Below are positions 20,478 to 30,145 of a stretch of 64,000 nt of DNA, piece by piece (the first letter of the stretch is position 1; each line of letters starts with the position of its first letter). The notes under the pieces are model-generated. The model had not been told where the DNA came from and did no database searches. It worked only from the letters and a program-made list of their open reading frames with translations. This stretch comes from a virus. The stretch lies in IMG/VR virus record IMGVR_UViG_3300035701_000003. One strand, 5' to 3'. Both the position numbers and the translations under genes were made by a program.

Positions 20478-20935
20478 CTTGGGTATTTGGTGATATTTGG
20501 ATTTATTGGAAGTTAGGTAGCGCTATAGTTATCCCGACTAACGCTGGTTGGAAATCTGATGGTACTAATGTTATGGGGGCTGGATTGGCTAAACAGGCAG
20601 CTGCTCAATTTTCAGATTTAACTTTACGTTATGGTAGAAACTGTAAAGAAAAAAGTCCTTATCAATACTATAAGGACTTAAGATTAATTTTAGTTCCTTC
20701 TAAACTTCTTAACGAGGAAAAACCTTATTTAAGTTGGCAGGGGGATTCTGATATTAATGTTGTTAAGGAATCTTTGATTTGGTTAAATACTAACGCTGAT
20801 TCTTTCGAAAGCGATAAGGTATATGTACCTTTATTAGGAGCCGGTAACGGTCATTTGGATGATGATGTAATTAAAAAAATTATGAAAGAACATTTAAAAC
20901 ATCCTAAATTTTTTGGAGTACTGTGGAATGAATAA
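20474..20935 (+). CDS. Macro domain protein (TARG1/DarG-like ADP-ribose hydrolase)
   Basis: GDIW...IVIPTN...VMGAGLAKQ...PSK...W...VYVPLLGAGNGHL. Confidence 0.75.
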   Translation: MTWVFGDIWIYWKLGSAIVIPTNAGWKSDGTNVMGAGLAKQAAAQFSDLTLRYGRNCKEKSPYQYYKDLRLILVPSKLLNEEKPYLSWQGDSDINVVKESLIWLNTNADSFESDKVYVPLLGAGNGHLDDDVIKKIMKEHLKHPKFFGVLWNE

Positions 20936-22553
20936 TTTGCTTGGTATATATTGCTTTATAAGAAACGGACTGAAATTTGATTATCCATTTATTGAGTCTA
21001 TAGAATCAGCCGTTCCTATAGCTAATCAAATTGTTATAAATGAATGCGATTCCGAAGACGATACTTTAAATAAACTTTTAGAACTAAAAGAGAAATATCC
21101 TGAAAAAATTAAAATAATAAGGGATAATTGGGTAACGCATCATTCTCAATTATGCGCGCGGGGTAATCTTTGCATTCCTTATCTTACTACTCAGTGGCAT
21201 TGGCAATTACAGGCCGACGAGGTTTTACATGAAAAAGATTATGATTTAATTCTTAAGACTTTAACTGATACTCCTGATAGTATAGATGCTTATAAACCTT
21301 ATTACTATCATTTTATGGCTAATTATGAAACAGAATTCAATTTTATGTACGTTAAAGCCGCGCGTATAGCCCGCAAGAATACCGGTTGGTGGCTTGTTGG
21401 GGACGCTGCGGAAATAGCAGGAGGAGATCCTAATAGACTTGCTGATTTTCCTGAGGCTATAAAAGTATTTCATTACGGTAAAGTAAAAGATGGTAAAACA
21501 GGTTGGCAGAAAGAATGGGATTTTACTAATTTGTATAAGGATATAGGATTTCCTGATCCTAAAATGAAAGAAATGGAAGTAAAATTTGGTGAGCAATATT
21601 GTGATTATATTTATGTATTTGAAGGAGCCATCGAAAGAGGAGAAGTAAGGCATTATACTGGCACTCATCCTAAAGTGATGGAAGAGAGAATAAAGAACTT
21701 TAAAATGGGAGGCTATGAACAATTTATATCTCGTTTCAAGGAGTCTTTGGATTTGAAAAACTTAAAGGATACCAAATTACAAGATTCTAAAAAAGAACTG
21801 AAAAGAGAGGAAGAACTTACCGAAAACGACAAAAATAGAATTTACGAATGCAGAATAGGGGGAAAAAATATAGATTCTATGGAAAATGTTACTTTACGTA
21901 TGAAACATGATTGGAATAAAAGAGCTCTTAAAGATGCACCCTTCTATATTACAGGTTCCCCTAACATTTCCCCAGAATGGCTTCGACACTCCGGTAAGAT
22001 AGATTTTGATTTACATTTTCTACCGCGTTTTCTTCAACTTTATTCCAAAGAGAAATTTAGACTACCAACTATATTAGAGATAGGTTGTGGCATAGGCAGG
22101 ATGTCTGAATATATAGCAAGTTATTGTGACACGCTAATAGCTGCGGATATTAGTGCAGAGTTTTTAGAAGTGGCAAAACTTCGTCTAGCAGAATCTCTTA
22201 TAAACAATGTTACCTGCTTGGAATTAAATGGGTATTCTCTTGAGGGAATTTCTGATAATTCAATAGATCTCGCATTTGAATATATAGTGTTCCAACATAT
22301 AGGAAGTTTTGAAATTATAGTTTCTTATTTGAAAGAGATTGGTAGAGTACTGAAGAGCGGCGGGTACTTTATAATGCACGCTCGAGCCAATGATTTTGCT
22401 GCGGATAACTCTCTTAATATGGATAACACTTTTCATGGGTGTAACGTTACTTATACTATGATGATAGATACTATTAAGGAAACAGGAAATCTTGAGATAA
22501 TAGAACATAACATCTCTAATAATGATTATTGGGGAATAATAAAAAAGAAATAG
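20928..22553 (+). CDS. GT2 glycosyltransferase fused to a class I SAM methyltransferase
   Basis: IESIESAVPIANQIVINECDSED...LQADE...VFHYG; C-terminal ILEIGCGIGRMSE...AADISAEFL...VLKSGG. Confidence 0.85.
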   Translation: MNNLLGIYCFIRNGLKFDYPFIESIESAVPIANQIVINECDSEDDTLNKLLELKEKYPEKIKIIRDNWVTHHSQLCARGNLCIPYLTTQWHWQLQADEVLHEKDYDLILKTLTDTPDSIDAYKPYYYHFMANYETEFNFMYVKAARIARKNTGWWLVGDAAEIAGGDPNRLADFPEAIKVFHYGKVKDGKTGWQKEWDFTNLYKDIGFPDPKMKEMEVKFGEQYCDYIYVFEGAIERGEVRHYTGTHPKVMEERIKNFKMGGYEQFISRFKESLDLKNLKDTKLQDSKKELKREEELTENDKNRIYECRIGGKNIDSMENVTLRMKHDWNKRALKDAPFYITGSPNISPEWLRHSGKIDFDLHFLPRFLQLYSKEKFRLPTILEIGCGIGRMSEYIASYCDTLIAADISAEFLEVAKLRLAESLINNVTCLELNGYSLEGISDNSIDLAFEYIVFQHIGSFEIIVSYLKEIGRVLKSGGYFIMHARANDFAADNSLNMDNTFHGCNVTYTMMIDTIKETGNLEIIEHNISNNDYWGIIKKK

Positions 22554-22564
22554 GAGAAAAAGAT

Positions 22565-22948
22565 ATGCATCTTAGAAACATAATATTATATGTAGCGGGT
22601 CCTTATAGTAGTGATAGTGTGGATGGTGTTACAGTTAATATAAAAAAAGCTGCTGAGATATCACAACATCTTTGGGATGAAGGCTTTACTGTTATTTGCC
22701 CCCACACTAACACAGCCCACTTTACACACGATAAAACTTCTTATGAGGATTACATAGAAGGGTGTTTGTGTATGGTAGCTAGATGTGATGGGGTGGTTTT
22801 AACGAATACTTGGAGCGAATCCGAGGGAGCTCGTAGAGAGAAAGAAAGAGCAGATCTTCTTAACATTCCTACCTTTAATTTAAATACTATTACTTTTGAT
22901 ACTATCAAAGGATATTTTGATAATAAGTTGAAAATACAAAAGGAATAG
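22565..22948 (+). CDS. DUF4406 / nucleoside 2-deoxyribosyltransferase-like protein
   Basis: LYVAGPYS...ICPHTN...CDGVVL...WSESEGARRE. Confidence 0.7.
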   Translation: MHLRNIILYVAGPYSSDSVDGVTVNIKKAAEISQHLWDEGFTVICPHTNTAHFTHDKTSYEDYIEGCLCMVARCDGVVLTNTWSESEGARREKERADLLNIPTFNLNTITFDTIKGYFDNKLKIQKE

Positions 22949-22950
22949 TA

Positions 22951-23457
22951 ATGGGACCTTTAGATAATAGCAAAGAATCAAATATTGTTACTAGAGTGAT
23001 TCTAGAGATAAATTATTTAGAAAAATTTATGCTCGAGTCTAATTCTATAGAAGGAGAAGATTATTTGAATCCTAGTGATATAATAGTAGCAAAAGAAGTA
23101 ATTGAAAAAGGAATTAAAAATCTAAAACATCTCCAAAAATTACATAGTATTATTACAAAACATTTACAGGTTTCCTGGGGAGGTAAATGGAGGACGGTTA
23201 ACGTTAAAGTTGGTTCTTATAAACCTCCCTTATGGCAGGAAGTCCCTGAGTTGATGTTAATGTATTGGAGTAATTTTGATCATATGGACTCTTGGCAGGC
23301 TCACAATGAATTTGAACATATACACCCTTTCCAAGATTTTAATGGTAGAATGGGTAGACTTATTTGGTTATCCAAAGCAATTAAGGAAGGTTATAACTTT
23401 AGATATCCTTTTTTACAGAAATACTATTATCAAACCCTTAACAATTTTAGGAGATAG
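22951..23457 (+). CDS. Fic-domain protein
   Basis: HNEFEHIHPFQDFNGRMGR, against the canonical HPFxDGNGRxxR. Confidence 0.8.
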   Translation: MGPLDNSKESNIVTRVILEINYLEKFMLESNSIEGEDYLNPSDIIVAKEVIEKGIKNLKHLQKLHSIITKHLQVSWGGKWRTVNVKVGSYKPPLWQEVPELMLMYWSNFDHMDSWQAHNEFEHIHPFQDFNGRMGRLIWLSKAIKEGYNFRYPFLQKYYYQTLNNFRR

Positions 23458-23461
23458 ATTT

Positions 23462-24196
23462 ATGACACTTTCTGTTTGTACTATTTGCCAGGACGAAGAA
23501 GAGCCGATCCGATGGTATCTCGAATCTTGCAAACACACATATTCTATTTTAAAGGAAAATTTGCCCGAAATAGTTTTAGTAGATGGCGGTAGCAAGGATA
23601 ACACTGTAGATATTATTAAGGAATACCAAAAAGAGATTCCTATTAAATTACTAGAAAGACCTTTTGATTGCCCCCGAGATCAAATGAATTTTGGATTGGA
23701 AAACTGTACTGGTGATTTTATATTTACACCTGATGCTGATATGACATGGACTATTAATTTCCCCGATGTATTTTTAACTAATTATTTTAATTCTAGTAGT
23801 TACTGGGATTTTCTTATTCTCTATACTGGTAAAGATGCCTATCATTATTTTTATAAATGGCCTCTTGGACCTAATATAAGAATGTTTCGGAAAGGTATTC
23901 GATGGGCTCAACATCGTGCATATCATGTTCTTTTAGAAGGACAAAAACAAGGTCTTCCCGTTTGTAGAGACGTTATAATTTTTGAAAACAGCTGTAGAAT
24001 AAAAAATGACGCCGCCTTGATGAATAGAGGTGAAAGACGTCAACTACATAACCCAGGAATGGTGGAGGAGGGGGGAGGGCCAGGCCCCTCTAACAGATTT
24101 TATAGCGCGGCGCACGCCCCCGATAGTGAATTACGTCTTATAAGTGAATATAGTAAAGCTATATCTGATAAAATATTACCAAGTACTAACGGATAA
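23462..24196 (+). CDS. Glycosyltransferase, GT2
   Basis: LSVCTICQDEE...LVDGGSKDNT...IFTPDADM; start set at ATG 23462. Confidence 0.85.
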   Translation: MTLSVCTICQDEEEPIRWYLESCKHTYSILKENLPEIVLVDGGSKDNTVDIIKEYQKEIPIKLLERPFDCPRDQMNFGLENCTGDFIFTPDADMTWTINFPDVFLTNYFNSSSYWDFLILYTGKDAYHYFYKWPLGPNIRMFRKGIRWAQHRAYHVLLEGQKQGLPVCRDVIIFENSCRIKNDAALMNRGERRQLHNPGMVEEGGGPGPSNRFYSAAHAPDSELRLISEYSKAISDKILPSTNG

Positions 24197-24200
24197 AGCT

Positions 24201-25487
24201 TTGAAGTACAGATCTGTTCTTTTAACTTCTATGAGAAGCCCTTATTTAGATGATGATCGTGCTTATCCTCCTCTGGGACTTCTTTATTTGAAATCATATT
24301 TGAATCAGTATAATATACAAGTAACTCTTGATGATGATTTTGATTTTTCTGATATTACAAAATATGAAAAGTATGATTTATTTGGGGTATCTGTTATGAC
24401 TCCTCAAAGGGAAAAGTCTCTTGAGTTTTTAGATTTTTGTAAGGCTACTTATGAAGGGGATGTTGTAATAGGAGGACCTCACGCTCTTCATTATAAAGAA
24501 GATGTTGTAAGAGAGAATTGGGATTATATAGTGTGTGGTGATGGTTTTAGGTCCTTACTACAAATAATAGAAGGAGTTAGTGATAAAAGAGTGTATTACG
24601 ATATTTTAACTAAAGAGCAGTGGCGGAATCTCCCTAGACCCGACCGCTCTAGCGACCAAGCTATTGAGGTGCTTTCTAATTATACTTATATGTTGGGGGG
24701 TGTAAAATCTACTACTATGCTTACTGCTATTGGTTGCCCCGAAAGATGTACCTTCTGTGAGGACGCCCAAACTGCGGTACGTTGGAGTAGTTTAGAGAAT
24801 ATTAAAGGAGAATTAGACGATATTGTAAATTTAGGTTACGGCGGTGTTTATATTTTTGACGACCTCTTTGCCATAGCTCTTAAAATGGTTAGACCTATTT
24901 GTTATGAAATACAGAGAAGAGGTTTAATTTATAGATGTAATGGACAAGCACGTTATTTTAATGAAGAATTTGCGAAACTGCTATCTAGTACAGGCTGTCA
25001 CGAAATAGCGTTTGGAGTCGAGTCTGGTTCGCAAGTAATATTAAATAATATTAATAAGAGGACTACCGTAGAGCAGAATTATAAATTTGTAGAACTTTGT
25101 AAAAAATATCATATTAAATGTAAAGCATTTTTAATGATTGGGTTGCCAGGAGAAACTTACGAAACTATTGCATTAACAGAGAAGTTTATTAAAGAGGCTG
25201 AACTCGATGACTTTCAATTATCAATTTACTATCCTTATAAGGGAACTTTTATAAGAGATACTATTGATGCCCGAGGTAAAGGAGCCGGTATATTTTTTGA
25301 AGGAGAAGGACTTGGGGCGTATGGTACCGGGGGAGGAAATACAGAATCTGTAGTTAGCACCGATGAACTTACTTCCGAACAATTATTACAAGAGAGAGAT
25401 AGACTTGTAAATACATACCGGCCAACTAGTCATAAACAGAAATGGTCGTTTTTCGACGAACATATCTATAGAAGAGGAAGTATATGA
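24201..25487 (+). CDS. Cobalamin-binding (class B) radical SAM enzyme, probable C-methyltransferase
   Basis: YPPLGLLYL, VIGGPHA, GDG (B12 domain); GCPERCTFC, FDDLF, FGVESGSQ, FLMIGLPGET. The start is uncertain (TTG 24201 after GGA, or GTG 24144). Confidence 0.85.
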   Translation: MKYRSVLLTSMRSPYLDDDRAYPPLGLLYLKSYLNQYNIQVTLDDDFDFSDITKYEKYDLFGVSVMTPQREKSLEFLDFCKATYEGDVVIGGPHALHYKEDVVRENWDYIVCGDGFRSLLQIIEGVSDKRVYYDILTKEQWRNLPRPDRSSDQAIEVLSNYTYMLGGVKSTTMLTAIGCPERCTFCEDAQTAVRWSSLENIKGELDDIVNLGYGGVYIFDDLFAIALKMVRPICYEIQRRGLIYRCNGQARYFNEEFAKLLSSTGCHEIAFGVESGSQVILNNINKRTTVEQNYKFVELCKKYHIKCKAFLMIGLPGETYETIALTEKFIKEAELDDFQLSIYYPYKGTFIRDTIDARGKGAGIFFEGEGLGAYGTGGGNTESVVSTDELTSEQLLQERDRLVNTYRPTSHKQKWSFFDEHIYRRGSI

Positions 25488-26170
25488 TACGAATATCTAT
25501 ACTACACCCTTCTTTTAATAGAGTTCAAATGTCCTATGATTGTTTTTGTGATTGGGTTAATGATGCTAAAAATCCTTCTGAAATAGAATATTTAATAGGG
25601 TTAGATAATAACGAACCTGAAAAACTTTTATATGAAAATAAATTTCAAGAAGCTAATAAAAAAGTAGGAAACTTTTTAATAGATATGGGAAATTCTACTA
25701 GCGCCATTCAAGCCGTGAATAGACTAGCTACTAAAATTTCCGATACAAGTGAGCTACTTATCGAAGTATGTGATGATATTGGTAGTTTCTCCGGATGGGA
25801 TACCGCTTTATTCGAAACGCTAAAAGGTATAGATAATTTTAAGGATCCTAAGATGATTGGCACGCATGATGGTTTGCGAGATTACGGGGTAGTGTTTACA
25901 CAACCTATAATGAACAGAGCTTGTTATAACAAACTCGGGTATATAATTTATATAGAATATACTTCTATGTTTGCTGATAACGACTTTACGGAAATTGCTA
26001 GAAGAACCGGTTGGTTAATAAACGCTCCTCATATTTTATTCCGACATAAACATTATTCTATCGGGTTTAATAAAATGGATGCTACTTATTCTAAAAGAAA
26101 CAATACTGAAGAGTGGGATTATAATCGTCAAGTTTATTTAAAAAGAGAAAAAGAAAATTTCGGGTTATGA
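25484..26170 (+). CDS. Glycosyltransferase, GT2-like
   Basis: ISILHPS...EYLIGLDN...VCDD...YTSMFADNDF...FRHKH. Confidence 0.75.
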   Translation: MIRISILHPSFNRVQMSYDCFCDWVNDAKNPSEIEYLIGLDNNEPEKLLYENKFQEANKKVGNFLIDMGNSTSAIQAVNRLATKISDTSELLIEVCDDIGSFSGWDTALFETLKGIDNFKDPKMIGTHDGLRDYGVVFTQPIMNRACYNKLGYIIYIEYTSMFADNDFTEIARRTGWLINAPHILFRHKHYSIGFNKMDATYSKRNNTEEWDYNRQVYLKREKENFGL

Positions 26171-27210
26171 ATATACTAATTACAGGAATTACTGGATTTG
26201 TAGGTTCCCACATGGCGGATTATCTCCTACTTAACACTGACGCTGATATATACGCGATGAGACGCTGGCGAAGCGACGACCGCAATATAAAACATTTATA
26301 TGGAAATTCTCGAGTTACCTTTATAGAATCCGATTTAATGGATAGAGGCAGTATAGCTTCCATTATTTCAGAAGCCGAACCTGATTATGTATTTCATTTC
26401 GCTGCCCAAAGTTACCCCATGAGTAGTTTTATTACTCCTATCTATACCCTAAACATTAACGTGGTAGGCACAACTAACTTATTAGAAGAGTTAAGAATAG
26501 CTAGGGATAGAGGTATATGCGATCCTATCATAATATCTGTAAGTAGTTCCGAAGTATACGGTAATCCGAGACTAGATGAAATTCCTATAAAGGAGACTAA
26601 TCCTATAAGAGCCGCTAACCCTTATTCTATAAGTAAGGTAGCTCATGATCTTCTTTCTCAGATGTATCATCAAGCTTATGGTTTAAAAATTATTATAACT
26701 AGAATGTTTTCGCATGAGGGAGCTAGGCGCGGTAGAATGTTTGCTATTTCTAATTTTGCTTATCAAATAGTACAGCATGAAAAGGAATTCCGCAGTAAAT
26801 ATACTACTATGAATAATAAAAAAGTAACTTTAGTTCACTGGCCCCCCCCTGTCCATAGTTTAAAAATAAAAGTAGGTAATCTTAATTCCGTTAGAACATA
26901 TTCTCATATTGACGATGCTGTAAGGGCCTATTGGATTTGTGCTATCGATGGAGAAGTAGGTAACGTGTATAATATAGGAGGGGATTACACATGTACTGTA
27001 GGCGATGTATTGGATAACTTGTTACATAAGAGTGTACTTCCTTTTGAATCTTTCTTTACCGAAATAGACCCTGGAAGAATAAGACTAACTGATATTACTT
27101 TACAGATACCAGATTGCGCTAAATTTAAACATTTAACGGGTTGGAAACCTAAAAAATCATTAGATGATATTACTACTGATTTGTTAAATTACTGGAGGGA
27201 AATGTTATGA
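26167..27210 (+). CDS. gmd: GDP-mannose 4,6-dehydratase-like SDR
   Basis: LITGITGFVGSH, FHFAAQS, SSSEVYG, NPYSISK, FSHEGARRG, GNLNSVR. Confidence 0.75.
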   Translation: MNILITGITGFVGSHMADYLLLNTDADIYAMRRWRSDDRNIKHLYGNSRVTFIESDLMDRGSIASIISEAEPDYVFHFAAQSYPMSSFITPIYTLNINVVGTTNLLEELRIARDRGICDPIIISVSSSEVYGNPRLDEIPIKETNPIRAANPYSISKVAHDLLSQMYHQAYGLKIIITRMFSHEGARRGRMFAISNFAYQIVQHEKEFRSKYTTMNNKKVTLVHWPPPVHSLKIKVGNLNSVRTYSHIDDAVRAYWICAIDGEVGNVYNIGGDYTCTVGDVLDNLLHKSVLPFESFFTEIDPGRIRLTDITLQIPDCAKFKHLTGWKPKKSLDDITTDLLNYWREML

Positions 27211-28229
27211 GTTTTTACAAAAATAAAAAAGTTTTAGTTACCGGGGGTACAGGATTAATTGGTATACCTCTCGTTATAAAACTTGTGCGGGCCGGGGCTA
27301 ATGTATACGTAACTAGCGCTGATTCTTTTGAAAGATTTCATGTGATGAAAGAATTTATTACTGAGTTTGAATACGTTCAAAATTTCGTATCAGCTAACTT
27401 AGAAAACTACGATTCTTGCTACTCCACCGCTGCTGGTATAGATTATGTATTTCAGTTAGCTGGTTCTAAAGGAGCGGCTAGTATTGGAAAAACAAAAGCT
27501 GCTACTTTTCTTACTTCTCATCTTTTTATCAATCTTAATATGTTAAAAGCCGCGAGAGAGTGTGGCGTGAAAAAATATTTATTAACTAGTACTACTGGCA
27601 TTTACCCTCCAGGGAGCCCCTATATAGAATATACTTCATGGGAAGCTCCAGCAGGAGAAAGCGATAAGTATTCTTCTTGGGCAAAGAGGATATCCGAATT
27701 AGCAGCAGAAGCCTTCATGATAGAGCATGATTGGCCGGGTATAGTTATAGTTCGTCCCGGTAGCATTTATGGTCCTTGGGATAACTTCGATAAAGATACT
27801 TCCATGGTAGTTGGTTCTTTAATAGGTAAATTTGTTAGGAACGAAGAATCCCCTGTAAAAGTTTATGGGGATGGTAGTTCTATAAGAGATTTTACTTATA
27901 CCAACGATATTGCAGATGGAATGCTTCTAGCTTTGGAGAAGTCAGGGAATTGTGAAGTATTTAATTTAAGTAGTGGTAAAGAATATCATGTAAAGGAGCT
28001 GGTTGAATTAATTTATAAATATACTTCCGAAGATAGTAAATCCAGAGAATATATATGGACTGGACCTACTTCATTTAAGATGGATAAGAGAGTTTTAGAT
28101 ATTACAAAAGCACAGACCTTGTTAGGGTATAAACCCTCCGTAGGGTTGGAGGAAGGTATAAAAAAGACCGTTCGGTGGTACAGGCAAAATAAAGATATAG
28201 CAAATATTCGTTATAATGCATTTAAATAA
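27207..28229 (+). CDS. NAD-dependent sugar epimerase/reductase (Fcl/GME-like)
   Basis: VLVTGGTGLIG, YSSWAK, RPGSIYGPWDNF, GDGSSIRDF. Confidence 0.8.
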   Translation: MSFYKNKKVLVTGGTGLIGIPLVIKLVRAGANVYVTSADSFERFHVMKEFITEFEYVQNFVSANLENYDSCYSTAAGIDYVFQLAGSKGAASIGKTKAATFLTSHLFINLNMLKAARECGVKKYLLTSTTGIYPPGSPYIEYTSWEAPAGESDKYSSWAKRISELAAEAFMIEHDWPGIVIVRPGSIYGPWDNFDKDTSMVVGSLIGKFVRNEESPVKVYGDGSSIRDFTYTNDIADGMLLALEKSGNCEVFNLSSGKEYHVKELVELIYKYTSEDSKSREYIWTGPTSFKMDKRVLDITKAQTLLGYKPSVGLEEGIKKTVRWYRQNKDIANIRYNAFK

Positions 28230-28241
28230 GGAGAAATAGAA

Positions 28242-29198
28242 ATGAACTTTTTTGAGGGAAAGCGCGTAGTAGTTACAGGAGCCGCTGGTCTTATAGGACA
28301 TGAAACTATTAGACAACTGCTCGATTTAGGAGCTATTGTTTTAGCTGTTATTTTTCAAAAAAGGGTACTGAAAGTTCCGCCTCACAAGAATTTAAATACT
28401 TTTTTTGGGGATCTTCGAGACTACCCTACTTGTCTGGGGGCACTGTATGGAGCGGATATAGTTATTGATGCTGCTGCTGTCACGGGAGGAGCGAAAAAGC
28501 AAAAACTTAATCAACTTACCTTTGCTCGAGATAATACAGTAATACATGTAAATGTTATTACAGCCGCTGTTGAACAAGGCGTTTCTCGCTTTGGTTTTAT
28601 AGGAAGTTCTACTATGTATCCTGTGAGAGAAGTGGTTGTGGAGAGTGAGGGATTTGACGAAGATCCTTGGGAAGGTTATATGGGGGTTGGTTGGACTAAA
28701 CGTTATCTTGAAAAATTATGTATGTTATTTAATAATACTACTGATACTAAATTTGCTATTGCACGTACTACAGCTGTTTATGGCCCTCATGATGATTTTA
28801 ATTTAGAAACATGCCATGTAATTCCAGCTTTGGTTAATAAAATAGCCCATAGACAAGACCCTTTGGAGATATGGGGCGCTGGTGATGAAATACGTAACTT
28901 TATTTATGTAGAAGATTTCGTCAATGGTCTTTTAGAAATGATTAAGTATAAAACAGACGCGGATCCTGTTAACATAGCTAGTGTAGAAAAGTCTACTGTT
29001 AAAGATATAATAAAATATGGTATAGAATATATGGAGTATAAACCTGAACTTAATTTTGACTTATCTAAACCTACAATGCTTCCTAAAAGAATAGTAGATG
29101 TATATAAAGTGTATAAACTTTTGCAGTGGGAAGCAAAAACACCTTTGAAAGAAGGTATAGAAAAAACAATAAAATGGTATCAGGAGAATTATTTATGA
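28242..29198 (+). CDS. GDP-fucose synthase / ColC-like epimerase-reductase
   Basis: VVTGAAGLIG, YGPHDDFNLETCHVIPAL, IWGAGDEIRNFIYVED. The catalytic YxxxK appears as VGWTK, which is atypical. Confidence 0.75.
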   Translation: MNFFEGKRVVVTGAAGLIGHETIRQLLDLGAIVLAVIFQKRVLKVPPHKNLNTFFGDLRDYPTCLGALYGADIVIDAAAVTGGAKKQKLNQLTFARDNTVIHVNVITAAVEQGVSRFGFIGSSTMYPVREVVVESEGFDEDPWEGYMGVGWTKRYLEKLCMLFNNTTDTKFAIARTTAVYGPHDDFNLETCHVIPALVNKIAHRQDPLEIWGAGDEIRNFIYVEDFVNGLLEMIKYKTDADPVNIASVEKSTVKDIIKYGIEYMEYKPELNFDLSKPTMLPKRIVDVYKVYKLLQWEAKTPLKEGIEKTIKWYQENYL

Positions 29199-30145
29199 AG
29201 AAGAAAACCCTAAATGATTTTCAAACTTGGAAATTAAAAAGAGAACAACCTGTTGCTTGGATTACTGCTTATGATTTACCCCTTGCCCAAACCGCAGAGA
29301 AAGCCGAAATAGATATGATATTAGTGGGCGATAGCGGGGGTATGGTTCAATTAGGTTACGATAGTACCCATCCAGTTACTATGGATGAAATGATTATGAT
29401 GTCAAGAGCTGTGAGAAGGGGAGCTCCCAATACTTTTGTTATTGGGGATATGCCACAAGGATCTTACGAAGTGAGTGAAGAAGAAGCTGTAAGAAATGCT
29501 TTAAGATTTATAAAGGAGGCTGGTTGTGACGCTGTTAAATGCGAAGGTGGGGAAAGAGTATCTGATAAAGTACAGGCAATGGTTAACGCAGGTATTGTAG
29601 TTTTTGGTCATTTAGGGTTGACTCCTCAAAGTTCTGAAACTTTTGGAGGGTATAGAGTCCAAGGAAAAACAATTAAAAGTTTCGAAAGTATATTACAGGA
29701 TGCAGAAGCACTAGCCCAAGTAGGTATTTCAGCTTTACTGTTAGAAGCTATGCCCGCTACTCCTTCTCAGCAAATTGCTACGCTATTAAAAATACCAGTG
29801 TATGGAATAGGGGCGGGTCCTTTAGTAGACGGCCAATTAGTAATAGTTCACGACCTTTTAGGCTTTTATCAATCCTTCAGACCTTGGTTTGCTAAATGCT
29901 ATATACCAGATGTTATTCAAGACTTTATATATCATCTATCAGCATTAACTAATATAAAAGAAGCGGGGCGTAAAGAGAGAACCGATGGTTTCCTAGTATT
30001 AGCTCAAATGGCTATTGAACAATATATTTTAGAAGTTAAAACTAGAAAATTTCCTAGTGAAGAATATTGTTACCCTATTAAAGAAGAAGAATTAAATGAA
30101 TTAAAACAATCACAATATTGGAAAGAGACTTATGAAAGTAGCTGA
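29195..30145 (+). CDS. panB: Ketopantoate hydroxymethyltransferase homologue
   Basis: ITAYD, ILVGDS, IGDMP, VKCEG, GHLGLTPQS, LLEA, GIGAG...DGQ; the start at 29195 overlaps the upstream stop (ATGA). Confidence 0.9.
   Translation: MKKKTLNDFQTWKLKREQPVAWITAYDLPLAQTAEKAEIDMILVGDSGGMVQLGYDSTHPVTMDEMIMMSRAVRRGAPNTFVIGDMPQGSYEVSEEEAVRNALRFIKEAGCDAVKCEGGERVSDKVQAMVNAGIVVFGHLGLTPQSSETFGGYRVQGKTIKSFESILQDAEALAQVGISALLLEAMPATPSQQIATLLKIPVYGIGAGPLVDGQLVIVHDLLGFYQSFRPWFAKCYIPDVIQDFIYHLSALTNIKEAGRKERTDGFLVLAQMAIEQYILEVKTRKFPSEEYCYPIKEEELNELKQSQYWKETYESS

Noticed and set aside
13800-26170. Glycosyltransferases as T4-like DNA glucosylation enzymes
   Set aside because: No hydroxymethylase, thymidylate synthase homologue or TET/JBP gene is in the window, and the GT number and diversity fit a complex glycan. 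Such genes could still lie outside the window.
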